DNA of 64,000 nt from Octopus sinensis (lineage: Eukaryota), in the NCBI RefSeq assembly GCF_006345805.1, contig NC_042998.1, forward strand, positions 22,382,001 through 22,446,000. Direction: 5' to 3'. A program made the translations under genes and the position numbers. Of this stretch, positions 12,795 through 24,204 are shown one piece after another; position 1 is the first letter of the stretch; each line of letters opens with the position of its first letter. Below the pieces are notes generated by a model, which saw nothing but the letters and a program-made list of their open reading frames with translations, was not told the DNA's origin and ran no database searches.

Positions 12795-13747
12795 CTGTGT
12801 GTGTGTGTATATATATATGTATGCATGAATATATATATATATATATTATATATATATATATATGTGCGTGCGTGTGTGTGTGTGTGTATATATGTATGCA
12901 TATAAATATATATATGTATGCATATAAATATATATATATATATATATATACATACACATATACATGGACATACATATGTGTGTGAGTGGGTAAAATAGAC
13001 GATAAAATAGAGATAAGTATTTAAAAATATGATTGAAGTGAAATATATTTAAAATGTACGAAAGTGATAGAGAAAAAATATATTGAAGCTATTGATGAAA
13101 CACAAACTCGTACATATATGTACACACACGAACACACACACACACGTATATATAAGTATACATTATATATTATGTATATATATATATATTTAAGTATACA
13201 TGTATATATATAAATGCATACATGTAATATATATATATATATATAAATGTATACATGTATGTGTGTATTATATATATACATGTATATTATATATATAATA
13301 TATAAATGTATACATATATATATATGTACAAATGTATACATATTTATATATATATACACAAATGTATACATGTAATATATATATGTAAATGTATACATGT
13401 ATATATATATATATATATAATATATATAATAATAAATGTTTAAATATATATATAAATGTTTAAATGTATATATATATAAATGTTAAACGTATATATAAAT
13501 AAATGTTTAAATGTATATAATATATATTATATATAAATGTTTAAATGTATATATATAAATAAATGTTTAAACGTATATATATATAAATGTTTAAATGTAT
13601 ATATATAAATAAATGTTTAAATGTATATATATATATATAAATAAATAAATGTTTAAATGTATATATATATATATAAATAAATTTTTAACGTATATATATA
13701 TATAAATGTTTAAATGTATATATGTATATGTAAATAAATGTTTAAAT

Positions 13748-13779
<32 letters not shown>

Positions 13780-13890
13780 ATATAATGTATACATGTATAT
13801 ATATATATATGTATATATGCTTACATTTATACAAGCATACAAACACACACACACACACACATATACTCTTATACATACATACATGTATAT
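12380..13890. repeat. Compound (TA)n/(TG)n microsatellite field including a taaatgtttaaatgtata minisatellite (13430-13750)
   Basis: Direct inspection. Confidence 0.9.
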
Positions 13891-14547
13891 GTGAAAAGAA
13901 AAATGAAAGGGGAAAAAAGTAAAATGAATGGTTAACGATAAAGAAATAAAAAGTAGGAAGAAAATGAAGGTGAGAAGGGAAAATGGACAGAAACGGAGTA
14001 AAAAAAAGAAAAGAATGAAGAAGAAGAAAATATAAAGCGAAGGTAAAGAGGGGGAAGAGAAAGATATGTATTATATCGTTATTCAAACATTGGAAGGCGC
14101 AATAGGTTTAAAAATGGAGATATAGTTGAGATCGAGATAACAAAACAACGAACATTTATGAGGAAAAGACCGAGGCCAAGTTAAAAATGGATGAAAAAGC
14201 TCAGAGAGAGATAATGAAGTAAAGTGGTGGAATAGGGAAGTCGAATAATTTTAGGAAGAAAGGAAAATCTACGAGTTAGACGTAAATGAAGAAAGCTACT
14301 TGTATGTAAGTCAAGAAATTGATAGGAACGTCTGCAAATACGTTAATCACTTTTTAATTTTAACATGCATTTTGTTCTCCTTTTCCTTACGTCCACCAAA
14401 TTGCCTTTCTTTTCTTCTTCTGCCTCCCATCTTTTCATTGTCTGAGCTTTTCCTAAAATTTGATATGAGGAGCAAATGACATTTTGAAATTGAAGTGTGT
14501 TATGTGCATTTTACCAATGAAGAGACAATATACACATATATACATAA

Positions 14548-14581
<34 letters not shown>

Positions 14582-14764
14582 ATATTACTATTGGCTAAAT
14601 GTTTCACTGGGATTAGTCAAGTGATGTAGACATCTCTGATGTGTCTCCAATAAGGATCGAAAATCGATTAAAGGTATTCACAATTTCACCATTTTCTCAG
14701 CTATGGAGAAATCGGTAAATTTGGACATGTTTGTATGTCTGCTAAGCGCATATATGTATAATAT

Positions 14765-14829
<65 letters not shown>

Positions 14830-14888
14830 GAGAGGAGGAGAGAGAGAGAGAAACAGAGAGAGAGGTAGACCTAAGTTCTAGACATACA

Positions 14889-14932
<44 letters not shown>

Positions 14933-15076
14933 TATATATTTGTATGCATATATATATATATATATTATATACATATATATATATATATATGTGTGTGTGT
15001 ATATACATGTATGTATGATGTGTGTGTTATATCTATATATATATATGTGTGTGTGTGTGTTTGTGTATACATGTAT

Positions 15077-15112
<36 letters not shown>

Positions 15113-15118
<6 letters not shown>

Positions 15119-15877
15119 TCTATTTTTTGATTATTTTAAATCTTCCACTGAGAAGGGAGCCGGTTTCCATGGTCTTATTTTGTATGCTGAGAGCTTTCCA
15201 TCCAGGTCTCCTCTGAGGTAATAGTGCCCAGGTGTTTTGGGGCTGTATAGATCATCAGGAAGAGAGTGTTTCTTGAGGAGTTCACTGCCAACTCGTACAA
15301 TGTCGCTCACTTCACTTTTCAGGAGTGCATTAATATATTTATTTTTGCTGCTGTTGTTTAGCAGGTGCTGCCTCAGTGATACCAAACGGCATTCGAAGGC
15401 CGCCTGCACAGATCTCAGGCCTCTACCACTTTCATTTCTTCTTAGGTGGAGCCTGTCAACATCACTGTTTCTGTGGGACTTCCCCGTTGTCAGGATTTTG
15501 CGGATTTTGATATCTATGGAGTGGATCAGGCCAATCAAATATCCCAAATGTTGGAATCAGCACTGGTACAGCAAATGCATTGTAGGATATTGTTTTGTTG
15601 TAAGAGGAGAGTTCCGACTGCCATATTTTCCCAAGTCTGGTGTAATATTCTCGGGTCACTATCTTTATTCACAGTACCTCCATATGGCACATTTTCGTCT
15701 ATGCCAAGGTACTTGTAACATTATTTGTGTGGAATGGGGGAGATAGAGAAACCGTTGATGCACAGGTTTGTGGTTTGGAGGACTGAGTTTACTCGTTCTA
15801 TAACAAAATATGAACATTCCTTTTGGCCAAATTCCATGCTTATATCGGCTGAAAATGTTGTTATTAATTCCAGTTGT
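15113..15877 (-). pseudogene. R4/Dong-type non-LTR retrotransposon fragment (end of RT and downstream region joined to a 3' UTR)
   Basis: Broken frames give ADISMEFGQKEC, YNKTISYNAFAVPVL and SDVDRLHLRRNESGRGLRSV (DIGMxFGLxKC and RLYLxRxxGGRGL motifs); end homologous to 56035-56090; (TATG) flanks. Confidence 0.85.
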
Positions 15878-15915
15878 ATGTATGCATGTATTCCAGTTGT
15901 GTGTATGTATACATA

Positions 15916-16146
15916 TATTTCTTTACTACCCACAGGGGGCTAAACATAGAGGGGACAAACAAGGACAGACAAAGGTATTAAGTCGATTACATCGATCCCA
16001 GTGCGAAACTTGTACTTAATTTATCGACCCCGAAAGGATGAAAGGCAAAGTCGACCTCGGGGGAATTTGAACTCAGAACGTAACGACAGACGAAATACCG
16101 CTAAGCATTTCGCCCGGTGTGCTAACGTTTCTGCCAGCTCGCCGCC
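15916..16146 (-). mobile_element. SINE family A monomer
   Basis: Full reverse-complement copy from tatttctttactacccacagggg to ctcgccgcc. Confidence 0.9.
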
Positions 16147-16607
16147 TTTGTATGTATATATATATGAAACATGTAAAATTTCATATATCACAGCAAAACG
16201 CAAGGTGTAAGGGCGATGCATTGGAAATAAAGGGACGAAACTAAAAAGCGGAAATGGACGAAAGGTAAATTGAAGTAGAATATAATATAGAATAAACCTT
16301 TACATAAATAAATAACGTGAAATACACGAAGGGACGAACATAAGAGACAGACGGGTCATTCAAAGCCTTCGTTCTTCAGTCAGAAGTGTTCGTTGTTGTT
16401 TAGGGAAGATACACTCAGATGTGAACATACGCGCACACAACACACATTCATCACTGTTTAAAATAAATTGTCAGAAGTTGACGTAGATTGGTGATATATG
16501 TATGAATGCTCGTGTGGTAGATTTGCAACGTTATGTCTAGATGTGTATAATAATGAAATGAAAGGAAATTCCAAGCAGAATAAACAGTCCAGCGTCTTAT
16601 TGTTAGA

Positions 16608-16979
16608 CTAGCAGTATCGCCCGGCGTTGCTCAGGTTTGTAAGGGAAATAACTATAAAGCATTTTTAGAGAGTTATAGCCAAAAAATGGAAAAAAATATG
16701 GTAAATTTTTTTGAGAGTTAAAAAAGGATGGAGTTGCGTCCCCTAGACAGTTTGTGGTTCGTGTTTCTGATTCTCGACCCCATGTCGAATTTATCGATTT
16801 TTTTCAGAACTGGGGGAACTTTTCAAAATTTTGGCTGCGTTAGTTTTGAATTATGACATTGGGCTATGTGTGTGTCAAGTTTCATCAGAATCGGTTGAAA
16901 GCCGTGGTCAGGGTGAGGGTACAAGCAAACAGACACACAGAAACACGCACAGACAAACTGCCGTTTATATATAGAGAGA
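16608..16979 (-). mobile_element. Non-autonomous Helitron
   Basis: Minus strand: 5' TC(tctctatatataaa), 3' hairpin cctgagcaacgccggg then CTAG, inserted between A and T. Confidence 0.85.
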
Positions 16980-18036
16980 TATACAACTCTATACTGAAAT
17001 GTAAAAGTAAAAATGGAATGAAAAGTCGTCAAAATATTACACGTAAAATTCCGACGCGTGATTTTGTGACAGAATGTATTATTATTTATTCGGTTGGTAA
17101 AGTTAATATCCACAGAAGATATATTCTCTCACGAGAACACGAAAAGAAGGATGTCTAATTTAGTGATAAATAAATCTGGTGACTGCCTCAGAATAAAATA
17201 TCCCTCTGAAAAACAGAGGCGACGTTTGAATACGTTGATGTATGAAGGGCGTAGCTTCGAAGATTCACAAGTTGATATTGAAATTATTAACGCCTTCCAA
17301 CCTTCTGATTCCAGACATATTTTGAGAGGGTTGCGGTATTTCTGTTATGATCGCAACAGAAAAGAACATGTACTGATTACATTTTGATTAAAAGGTATCT
17401 TCACTCAGGCTTGTGTAATGACTTGCGTAGCTATCGTTCCTAATTAAGATCTTTGCTCAGAACACCACATTTATTTCAAGGTATTTAGCCTCTCAGAAGA
17501 GGCATTTATGTCAGTGTGTATAAGGCTGTATACACTTATACATGAATGGGTATATTTGTACCTCTCATATATATTTATCTATAAGCGCGTACCAGTATTG
17601 TTTATGTTTGTATATGAGTATATACATAAGCGCAGGTTTTATTCAATCATTTTGAGCGTGTACGCATACACGGATCTATCCACCCTTTTTATCAAGGACC
17701 TCTTTCAAAAATATATTCAGCTCCCTGCCATTACGTTTATCAGTTAACCCTATTTATAGGATTTCTTACCAGAATTATGTTATCAGGTGTCTGACACTGT
17801 TTTTGAGACTGCTCAAGAATATTCCATCTATGCATTGTGTAGAGATCTCCTTGGGAAATACAGAATTTGGTTTTACAGGATCCATGTAAGAAGCTCGAAA
17901 CACCGAAGTAATACTCAGGTGTTTTCAACTTCAAATACATATCTGCACACACACACACACACACACACACGTTTATATATATAATATATATATATAATAT
18001 ATATATTATATATATATATATATAGTATATATATAT

Positions 18037-18330
18037 AGGGAAGCTTTATGAAAATAGACAAAAGACGAAGGCAGGTTTACGGAAATAAACAAAAGACGAA
18101 GGTAGGTGGAATACAAACAAACAATTGTATTAGTATGGCGCTCAGGAATATAAATAAAACAAGTCTTTAACGTTTCGAGCCTACGCTCTTCAACAGAAAG
18201 ATACACAGAGAAGAAACACAGAAAGAAGGAGAGAAAAAAAATGCGTGCAGAGGCTAGCGAATCAACATGGCGATCTGATTTCGGCCAGAAGTCAAAGATC
18301 AAACGTGAGACGCAAGAGCGAAATTAGGGG
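18037..18330 (-). mobile_element. (TA)n-flanked repeat with a minimal hammerhead-like motif (Penelope pLTR-like)
   Basis: Homologous to 32818-33020; minus strand CTTT-CTGTTGA-A-GAGC-GTAG-GCTC-GAAACGTT-AAAG at 18165-18200. Confidence 0.6.
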
Positions 18331-18355
18331 AGATATATATATATAAACGTGTGTG

Positions 18356-18386
<31 letters not shown>

Positions 18387-18389
18387 TAT

Positions 18390-18484
18390 AACTTATAAAC
18401 AAGGGCAAAAGAAAAATTATTTCTATGCCAATATGTTGCATATTGGCATAGAAATCATTTTTCTTTTGCTCTTGTTTATAAGTT
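18390..18484. repeat. Near-perfect palindrome (46-bp arms, 3-nt loop)
   Basis: aacttataaacaagggcaaaagaaaaattatttctatgccaatatg-ttg-catattggcatagaaatc...gtttataagtt. Confidence 0.9.
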
Positions 18485-18590
18485 GTTTATAATTTTAGCC
18501 ATTAAAGGTATTTTAATATGCTGCCACTTGATGAAATCTTTTCTGAAAAATAATAATTATTATTATTATTATTATTAGTAGTAGTGTATG

Positions 18591-18622
<32 letters not shown>

Positions 18623-18892
18623 GGACTCTTCCGTCGAAGACGACGTTTGAGCGATCAGCGTTTCTGTCGAATAACCTGCACACAATTGATTTGTTTATAG
18701 TGATCAAACGTATTTGCAGTACATTAACTCACTCTCTCCGCCATTAAATCGATGTTGCGTAAACAGGGGAACGGTGTGCCACGCGTCAAGTGTCGAAAGG
18801 GATCGGTGAATAATGTGAGATAAAGGGGGCTTTGCTCAAGAACATTTACATGTGTGTATACGTATGTGTGTATGTATACATGTTTATATGTA

Positions 18893-18932
<40 letters not shown>

Positions 18933-18935
<3 letters not shown>

Positions 18936-19298
18936 CGTAGGTGTGGCTGTGTGGTAAGTAGCTTGCTTACAAACCACATGATTCCGGGTTCATTCCCACT
19001 GCAGTGCACCTTGGGCAAGTGTCTTCTATAGCCTCAGGCCAACTAAAGCCTTGTGAGTAGATTTGGTAGACGGAAACTGAAAGAAGCCCGTCGTATATAT
19101 ATGTATATATGTATGTATGTGTGTGTGCATATGTTTGTTTGTCTCTCCAACATCGCTTGACAACCGATGCTAATGTAAGATAGCGGTTCGACAAAAGAGA
19201 CCGATAGAATAAGTATTAGGCTTACAAAGAATTCGGCTGAAGGCGGTGCTCCAGCATGGCCGCAGTCAAATGACTGAAACAAGTAAAAGAGTAAAGAG
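18933..19298 (+). mobile_element. SINE family B
   Basis: ggcgtaggtgtggctgtgtggtaag head, ccttgggcaagtgtcttc CORE-like block, internal TA/TG repeat, tail ggcggtgctccagcatggccgcagtcaaatgactgaaacaagtaaaaga. Confidence 0.9.
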
Positions 19299-19374
19299 GG
19301 CACCTGGTCAAGGAATTGAAATCACGGTCTCGCAATCGTGACTGCAACACCCTAACCACCAGGCCATGCGTCCT

Positions 19375-19412
<38 letters not shown>

Positions 19413-19478
19413 TAACGTGTATAACCATCAGACTTAGATACTCATACACACACACACAGTACATATACATACATACGT

Positions 19479-19509
<31 letters not shown>

Positions 19510-20328
19510 CCACATTTATAACCATCAAACTTAGATACCTATACACAAATGCACAGTACACATACATATATATATACATACGTGTGTGTATGTGTGTGTG
19601 TGTGTACTCTGCATACGCATGATTCTGTATGCGTGAGTGAGTATGTGTGTATGTGATTGAAACCTTTCCTCACCAGCCAGAAGCCTGAAGTTGACTCGCA
19701 GCCAGCTCCATTGAAACCAAGTGTCTGTTTAGATAAGAAAATACGATAAGAGTTTTTCTCGAGAAAAGTATTGCCACTAAAACTGATGCATTTATGTATA
19801 AGGTCAGCTTAAAGTAATATTCTAATTTGTTCTACATTGTTAGATACTTCGCTTCGGTTTTTCCTTCTCATCCTGTTTATTTCATTAAATATCATTTCCT
19901 TTTTGCACCATAGCAGCATAAATCTAATAGAAAACTTTCCAAGCATGAGGGAAATAAAATTGATAAAATAAACAGTCTTGCAATCTTACGATCGAATCAA
20001 GCTCTTATTTTATATATGTATATGTATGTACGTTTGTATGTGTATGTGTATGTATACATGTATTGTAACATATGTATGTATGTATGTATTGTAACATGTG
20101 TATGTATGTATGTATGTATGTTTAGGGATTTTTAAAAAAAACACCGAATTTGAAGTATTTATTTTCTTAAAGTTCTTTCCTGTGATCCTTGTATAACTTA
20201 ATTTTCGGACATCATGTAATTCTTTCGCGGGTTGAAATACAGCAAGGATACAAAGAAAAAACTCTGCTTTCTCATATATCAGGCAAATATCTAATAATAA
20301 TAATAATAATAATAATAGTAATAATAAT

Positions 20329-20541
20329 CCTTTCTACTCTAGGCAGAAGGCCCGAAATTTTGGGGGAAGGTGGGGCAGTCGATGAAATCAACTCCAGTAC
20401 GCAACTGGTACTTAATTTGTTGATTCCGAAAGGATGAAAGGTAAAGTCGAACTCGGTGGAATTTGAACTCAAAACGTAGCCATGGACGAAATACCACTCA
20501 GCATTTCGTCCAGCGTGCTAACGATTCTGCCAGCTCGCCGC
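20329..20541 (-). mobile_element. SINE family A (tail b) within (TAA)n
   Basis: Reverse-complement copy flanked on both sides by (AAT)n. Confidence 0.85.
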
Positions 20542-20578
<37 letters not shown>

Positions 20579-20583
<5 letters not shown>

Positions 20584-20766
20584 ATACTTTCTATGTAATC
20601 TCAAGTTTTAAAACAAACATAATTTTCTTATGGTTTCTTAGTACAAAACCAAGTATATGGCACCCTAGGCATAACACCAACATGAACTTCCAACTTGTTG
20701 TCTCTTGAGGTCTCTGGGTGAGACTTGGAGCCAACTTGTACAAATGTAAAGCAAAAGTCAAACATA
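20579..20766 (+). mobile_element. R4/Dong-type LINE extreme 3' end (ORF end + 3' UTR)
   Basis: aaaatactttctatgtaa (KILSM*) then UTR motif gaggtctctgggtgagacttgg; (TAA)n on both sides. Confidence 0.6.
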
Positions 20767-20792
20767 TAATAATAATAATAATAATAATAATA

Positions 20793-21257
20793 AAGATCAG
20801 ACAAAAAGAACGTGTTTATTAATTGACATGAGTATTCCCTGTGATCACAATATGGCGGCGAAAGAATTTGACAAGATTAGTAAATATAAAGACCTGCTAA
20901 TAGAAATTGAAAAAATGTGGCAATTCAAGGCGACTACAGTACCAGTGATTGTAGGATCTCTAGGAATGATTAAAAAATGTACTGAAACCTATTTGAAAAT
21001 GATTCCAGGCTTACCATCCCTACAGGAAGTGCAAAAAATCGTGTTAACTGGAACGGCTCATGTACTGAGAAGAGCATTATCGTTGTGAAAATAACATCCA
21101 TCCCTGAATTTATTTATTTATTAATTTTTAAATACATATTTTATCTGTGAATTTGCGCGTGTAATCTGGGAATGCATACAATGCCCTTCTCTGCCCTAGG
21201 TGTATGGAAAACACTCGGCGAGAAACGGAAGAAAATTTGAAGAAAGAAGGAAAAAAC
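20793..21257 (+). pseudogene. R4/Dong-type LINE 3' fragment, restriction-like endonuclease C-terminus
   Basis: CLLIDMSIPCD...KISKYKDLLIEIEKMW...VPVIVGSLGMI...VQKIVLTGTAHVLRRALS*; (TAA)n flanks. Confidence 0.9.
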
Positions 21258-21278
21258 ATAATAATAATAATAATAATA

Positions 21279-22196
21279 GTGACAGGAACGAGAGAGTACT
21301 GAAAGCAGAGAAAAAAGGAAAAACAAAAGAAAAAATGCAAAAAGGACATGAAGAATTACGCAAGAAGGGACTACACAATCAGTTCCATGCAGCCACAACA
21401 GAAGTTGTTGAAAAAAATAGGTGGGACTGTCTGATGAAAGGAACACTGGAAAAAGAGACCGAAGCACTATACTGGCAGCGCAAGGCCAAGCTTTGGCCAC
21501 GAACTGCAGGGTCAGCCTTAGGAATGAGCATGTGTCTTTGCTGTGCCACATCTGCGACAGAGTGGATGAAACCATTGCCCATATGACGAGCGAATGCCCT
21601 AGACTTGACCCAAATCACTACAACTTGTGGCGACACGACCAGGTAGCGAAAGTGCTACATTGGAAACTGTGCGAAAAGTGAGGGTTAGAAAGAGGCAAGA
21701 CGTGGTATGAACACAAACCGCAGAGAATGGTGGAGTCGGAGACTAGCAAAATCCTCTGGGATTTCCCAATTTAAACAGATCAGGTGCTAGAGCATAACAT
21801 ACTGGACCTAGTGGTGGTGGACAAGGTACACCACATATGCTATATAGTTGACGTTGCAGGCCTTTTGACCAACGAATTGTCAAGAAGGAAGACGAAAAGA
21901 TACGTACAAGCCTCTTAAGTACGAAATAACCCGGCTATGTAAAATGAAGAAGGTGAAGATAGTGCCAATTATTGTTGGGTCCTTGGGAACAGTATCAAAA
22001 GGCATCAAGAGGAATATCAAGGAAACTGGAATAGAGTGCCCAGTAGAACTGTTACAAAAGGTTTGCCTCTTTGGCACAGCCAGAATAATCAGGAAAGTAT
22101 TAGATAGCTGAAACGAACGGATAACATGGTACCGTAAGCTGCAGCTAATAAGCCCTCTACCCATTCAAGACTCCAAGAGCTTTCACAAAAAACGTG

Positions 22197-22198
<2 letters not shown>
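21279..22198 (+). pseudogene. R4/Dong-type LINE 3' fragment (CCHC knuckle, RHD, RLE), frameshifted
   Basis: CHICDRVDETIAHMTSEC...RHDQVAKVLHWKLC, KILWDF, DLVVVDK...IVDVA, VPIIVGSLGTV; (TAA)n flanks. Confidence 0.92.
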
Positions 22199-22230
<32 letters not shown>

Positions 22231-22231
22231 T

Positions 22232-22446
22232 CTTTTTACTAGAAGCACAAGGCCTCAAAATTTTGGAGGAAGAGATTAAGTCAATTATATCGACCCCAGT
22301 ACGTAACTGGCACTAATTTTTATCGATCCCAAATGGATGAAAGGCAAAGTCGACCTCGGTGGAATTTGAACTCAGAATGTAGCGACAAATGAAATACCGC
22401 TAAGAATTTCGTCCGGCGTGCTAGCAATTCTGCCAGTTCGCCGCCA
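22232..22446 (-). mobile_element. SINE family A (tail b) within (TAA)n
   Basis: Reverse-complement copy between two (AAT)n runs. Confidence 0.85.
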
Positions 22447-22583
22447 TAATAATAATATAATAATAATAATAATAATAATAATAAAATCATAATGATAATA
22501 ATATAATAATGATAATAATAATATATAATAATAATAATGATAATAATAATATAATAATATAATAATGAGTAATAATAATAATA

Positions 22584-23138
22584 AATGCCCTGATGCAGTA
22601 CCAAGCAGTGGCTCTCATGGCTTCTGATCTTAACTGATGGAAGTGTTATCATGTACATTGTTTTGTCTGGTATAAAAATGGGCTACAGCAAATATTCTGC
22701 TCAATACCACAGATTTGCTTGTCAGTTGTTTGACCTTAACTAGTTGAGCATGTCCCTTAGTGGCGACGATATGTGCATCTCTGATCACGAGCAGAAGCAG
22801 TGGAGGAGCATCATAGCCATGTGTTGAGAGGGATTCTTTGGGGTTTGAATAGTTCACCTCTGGAAACATGGTGGTTCTTTCACATCCTTAAACAACCCTT
22901 ATTCAGGGACCGTTGAGCGGGATGGGCTACTCAACCTGAAGAAGAAGAAAACTCTAACTGGGCCCCACCTGCAAGGTCATGTGCTGTTTATCTTGATATG
23001 AGATCACCATGTCGCGCACATATGGTTGTGATGCATGTGCCTGGTGTACCTTATCAGACGGGTAGTCATGATGGGTATATTGGGCTTCGTATATTTTACC
23101 CCAGTGTCACTTTGATGGCATGAACTGCTCTCTCACTC

Positions 23139-23139
<1 letters not shown>
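22584..23139 (+). mobile_element. Family D non-coding element, apparently full length, in (TAA)n
   Basis: atgccctgatgcagtacc...ctgctctctcactc followed by (AAT)n; homologous to 10009 and 63350. Confidence 0.85.
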
Positions 23140-23177
<38 letters not shown>

Positions 23178-23178
<1 letters not shown>

Positions 23179-23685
23179 TGGTACCAACATACACCGCAAA
23201 AGGTAATAGACGAAAAGGGGAAGGCAAAAATCCTCTGGGACCTTTACATTCAGACTAGGTGTTAGAGCATCGAAGGCCGGATATAGTAACCTTTACGAGG
23301 GACAAACAAGAGGGCCTAATAATTGACGTGGCAGTGCCTGGAGATCGACATATTATCATGAAAGAAAGAGAAAAGGTTGATAAATATGGAGACCCGAGAA
23401 TTGAGATCGCTAAGATGTGGCAGCTACGAGAGTCAAATATAAAGGTTATCCCTATTTTCATCGGAGCATTGGGTTCAATACCACCTAGTCTGTAAAAACA
23501 TCTGAAAGCCTAAGCGATACCCTACAGTCTAGGTGTATTGCAAAAGTCGGCATTACTTGGAACTGCAAGCATATTGCGTAAAGTAGTGTCTGCCTGAGAT
23601 ACTTGTTATGACCTGAGATACTTGTTGTGACACAATATCTTCAATCAACATCCTCACGATATTGTATACTGTGCGACGTCTTAAA
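23178..23685 (+). pseudogene. R4/Dong-type LINE 3' fragment (RLE)
   Basis: WYQHTP...KILWD...EHRRPDIV...IIDVAVPGD...EKVDKY...EIAKMW...IPIFIGALGSI (PD-D..K endonuclease motif). Confidence 0.92.
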
Positions 23686-23689
23686 TAGT

Positions 23690-24031
23690 AACAACAACAA
23701 CAACAACGACAGCAGCAGCAAGAAGAAGAAGAAAAAGAAGGAGGAAGAAGAAGAAGAAGAGGAAGAAGAAGAAGAAAAAGAAGAAAAAGAAGAAGAAAAA
23801 GAAGAAGAAGGAGAAGAAGAAGGAGTAGAAGAAGAGGAAGAAGATAAAAAGAAGAAAAAGAAGAGGAAGAAGAAAAAGAAGAAAAAGAAGAAAAAGAAGA
23901 AAAAGAAGAAGAGGAAGAAGAAGAAGAAGAGGAAGGAGAAGAAGAAGAGGACGAAGAAAAAGAAGAAGAAGAAGAGGAAGGAGAAGAGAAGAAGAGGACG
24001 AAGAAAAAGAAGAAGAAGAAGAAGAAGAAGA
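23690..24031. repeat. (CAA)n/(GAA)n trinucleotide microsatellite
   Basis: Direct inspection. Confidence 0.95.
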
Positions 24032-24204
24032 ATGGTTTCAAATTCTGCCTCGAGAGCAGCAATTTTGTGGGAGGGGATAAGTCGATTTGATTTTCTTTTA
24101 TTATAATCCCACACTTAACCCTTATGACCTAATGTAATCCCACACTTAACCCTTATTGACCCTTATGGTCAATAAAGAAAGCATTAATATTATTATTGTT
24201 ATTG

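Noticed and set aside
23553-24114. Poly-Glu/Lys and poly-Ser/Phe ORFs of about 160 aa
   Set aside because: (GAA)n microsatellite following a LINE tail.
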